In this document: piece after piece, positions 61,707-64,000 of the stretch | Layout: the number at the start of each line of letters is the position of its first letter | How positions within the stretch are numbered: position 1 is the stretch's first letter | From: Orbicella franksi | Lineage: Eukaryota | NCBI GenBank assembly: GCA_964199315.1 | Contig: OZ116699.1 | Coordinates: 24,428,001-24,492,000 of the forward strand | DNA: 64,000 nucleotides | Direction of reading: 5' to 3' | Program-made: the position numbers and the translations under genes | Notes under the pieces: generated by a model | Database searches by the model: none | Told to the model about the DNA's origin: nothing | What the model saw: only the letters and a program-made list of their open reading frames with translations

Positions 61707-63698
61707 TCAGTGCACCCTTAAAGGTCCACCTCGTACCAGTGAGAATGCGCGGCCGTTGTAAGGCCCACTAAAATAAGGGCACGGAGTAAACATGTAGAGA
61801 TAGACTGGTCTGCTGAAGAAGGACGGTGACAAGGGGCCTTGAGATCGCTTACAGTGACAGCAATGGCAACAGCATGGGCAACAGTGGCAGCAGTGGCAGC
61901 AGTGGCAACAGTGGCAGCAAGGACAGCAGTGATGATGATGATGATGTATATGATGACAACACTGATGACAACATGGGGTAGGACAGCAAGGGCAACAGCA
62001 CGGAGAGCAGCATGGCTCCTCCGGTTTCTTCTTTGGTTCTTCTTCCGCTGCACCAGGAATAGGACACCAGCAACCTAAGAAAACAGGATTTAATGGATAA
62101 ACAAATACGCTGCATAAATGTGCAACTTATTGCGATTTCTGTGCAGGGCCTTCTTATAATATCTAACTTTCCATCGCAAAGACCTATGATGTCAATGTGG
62201 ATTGACATTCGGTTTAAGCCTTAGGGGAACAATTCTCCTTTAGAATTCATGGTCCTTTCAAAAGCTGAAAACAAACATTTCTGGAAAAGGTTCCTCAGCC
62301 GATGCATTTATGCAGTACACGTTCATCTTGCAGTAATTTGAAAGATGGACAATGTTATTCCACCACAATTTTTTAATCAGTAATTATTATTTATGAGCCC
62401 TTTTTCCACCTTTATGAAGAAGACTGTTTTTTTTTTTCTTCACATTCGGTGCAACGCAATTTTTGTCTATTTCCAAGATTACTTCTTAGCTTATGAGCAG
62501 CCTGGACTTTTTTGCTGCGCTCTAGTGTCTAAAAATGCCTTTCTGTTGTAATGTACTTTAGCGTGGTCTGTACTCTTATCGACAACGATACGTGTCATCA
62601 CAGTCCACAACAAAATTTTGACCACTGTGATGACGCGTATCCGGCTGTCGATAAGAGTACAGACCACCCTAAACCACATTTTGATTTGTTTTTTACCACC
62701 ATATAAACGTCAAAGAAAATGGGTTTTTTTTTTCAGAGCGAGAGCTGAAAAAGGCATTGCGTGACACATCGACGTGAGCAGCGTTATCTGGACTCTTATC
62801 AACAACGGCAAATTAGCCAATCAGATCGCGAGATTCGTAGCAATTGTGGAAAAATATATTTTTAACTTTTTTTAGTCAGGAATTTTAACAATTGAACAGA
62901 AAACAACGCATGAACAGCATGAACAGCTTTAGAAAACGCTTTGTTTACTAAAATATCACACAATTCGAAAAGGCTATTTCATTTTTACAGCTTTACGCAA
63001 CCTAACGTTATCTAAAGGTTCAATATCACGCTGGTATAACCTCTTCCCTTGTCACGTCAAGGACCATCGACTCTATTCGGTTAGCTATCCTATCTAAGAT
63101 TTTATCAATTTCATGCCGCATGCATTCAGTTCGTCGTTAAAGCTTGGTTTACACGTATGACGTACTCCGGAATAAGCATAAGCAAACGTGCAAGCACAAG
63201 CGCAAGTGTGTTCACACTTGCAATAAGCATAAGCACAAGGTGACGGTGTCTAAATTTTGAATAGCATTGTGCTTATGCTTGTGTCGTACGCGCAAACCAG
63301 CTAATAACGGCTAGCGAGAGGCATGATAAAGGCACGATAAAGTGGTTGCGTTATCCCGGTTCACACAGGCGCCACGGCAACCGTAAGCACAAGAAGAAAA
63401 AGAGACTTTCTTCTCTTGTGATTAAGTTGATGCTTGCACTTGTGCTTTTGTCGCCCGCTTTACAAGTGACATTTTTTTTGCTTATGCTTGAGCTTATGCT
63501 TATGCTTTTGGTAATACGTACAAACTAAGCTTAACAGTTGAACTGAGTTTCTAAGTCGTCATGCACAGTGTGCACAATCAGTGGTCATGCGGGTAGAAAT
63601 TGACAAACCTCCATCGCATTCATGGTGACAACAGTCACATCCACATTGTGGCATACAGCCACCAACACATGGCTGACAACCATGGCAAATGTGGCATC
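61707..63698 (-). CDS. Gene J (5'-incomplete): Cys/His-rich protein with a His run and GPLRVH C-terminus
   Basis: Exon 63698-63609 (90 nt, phase 1-1; GCHICHGCQPCVGGCMPQCGCDCCHHEC). Terminal exon 62074-61707 (GCWCPIP...CCHQCCHHIHHHHHHCCPCCHCCHCCHCCHCC...KR...GGPLRVH*). The frame is not listed in the ORF track. Confidence 0.75.
62563..62667. repeat. ~105-bp hairpin repeat in the gene J intron
   Basis: gtggtctgtactcttatcgaca pairs with tgtcgataagagtacagaccac. Confidence 0.8.
63160..63530. repeat. Palindromic MITE-like repeat rich in gcataagcacaagc / gcttatgcttgtg
   Basis: Inverted arms built from short ataagc/gcttat repeats. Confidence 0.55.
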
Positions 63699-64000
63699 CT
63701 GAAAAAAATAAATTTATACTTAAACAAGGATTAAGGAACCTGGCAACGAACAAATGCCAAAAATTATGTTATTTCAGTACGCCATACCATATCTTTTCCC
63801 CTTAGTTTTCCCTATATCATTGCTTTGTGCTGCGTTAGGGATGGACTCAGGTCTGCAAATATGAAGAATGACCATCTTTAGTATTTTGATAATGTTTGAC
63901 TCCTATACCAGCACTTTTATTAAAATAAAACTATATAAGGTGGTTGGCAACAGTCTCCAGAACTTATTCTTTGAAAGATCAATAATTAATGATGATAATT

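Noticed and set aside
18854-63698. Calling the cluster minicollagens, metallothioneins or true keratin-associated proteins
   Set aside because: There is no Gly-X-Y helix or CxxxCxxxCxxxCxxxCC pattern. Signal peptides exclude classical metallothioneins and KRTAPs, and the similarity is compositional only.

Overview
Eukaryotic, AT-rich animal genomic DNA. The repeat content suggests a hexacorallian cnidarian, probably a stony coral; this is inference, not a database result. There are two N gaps (33010-33146, 52793-52920). (1) 1-6.9 kb holds nested transposons. A 3.5-kb two-ORF IS630/Tc1-mariner element (DD37E transposase, 129-bp TIRs, convergent ORF2) sits inside the Cys-rich gene of an older decayed THAP-bearing element. 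(2) 7.3-17.4 kb holds a tandemly duplicated upstream region and a 7-exon divergent HSP70 (about 521 aa) that ends before the helical lid and EEVD. (3) 18.8-64 kb holds the main finding: at least nine minus-strand genes for apparently secreted, low-complexity, structural-type proteins. They are mostly invisible in the ORF track because they are spliced. They include a 954-aa Gly/Ala-rich protein, four genes sharing a ~57-aa 'WPCMWPCCC' Cys module, a precursor with acidic, Cys-rich and Gly-Tyr blocks, and three genes with very dense Cys/His tails (65-71% Cys in the two counted). Every intron I could place in the cluster is phase 1. One member is disrupted by a 4.1-kb Gypsy LTR element inserted in its first exon. 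Exon boundaries were read by eye from GT/GC-AG signals and frame arithmetic and need transcript confirmation.
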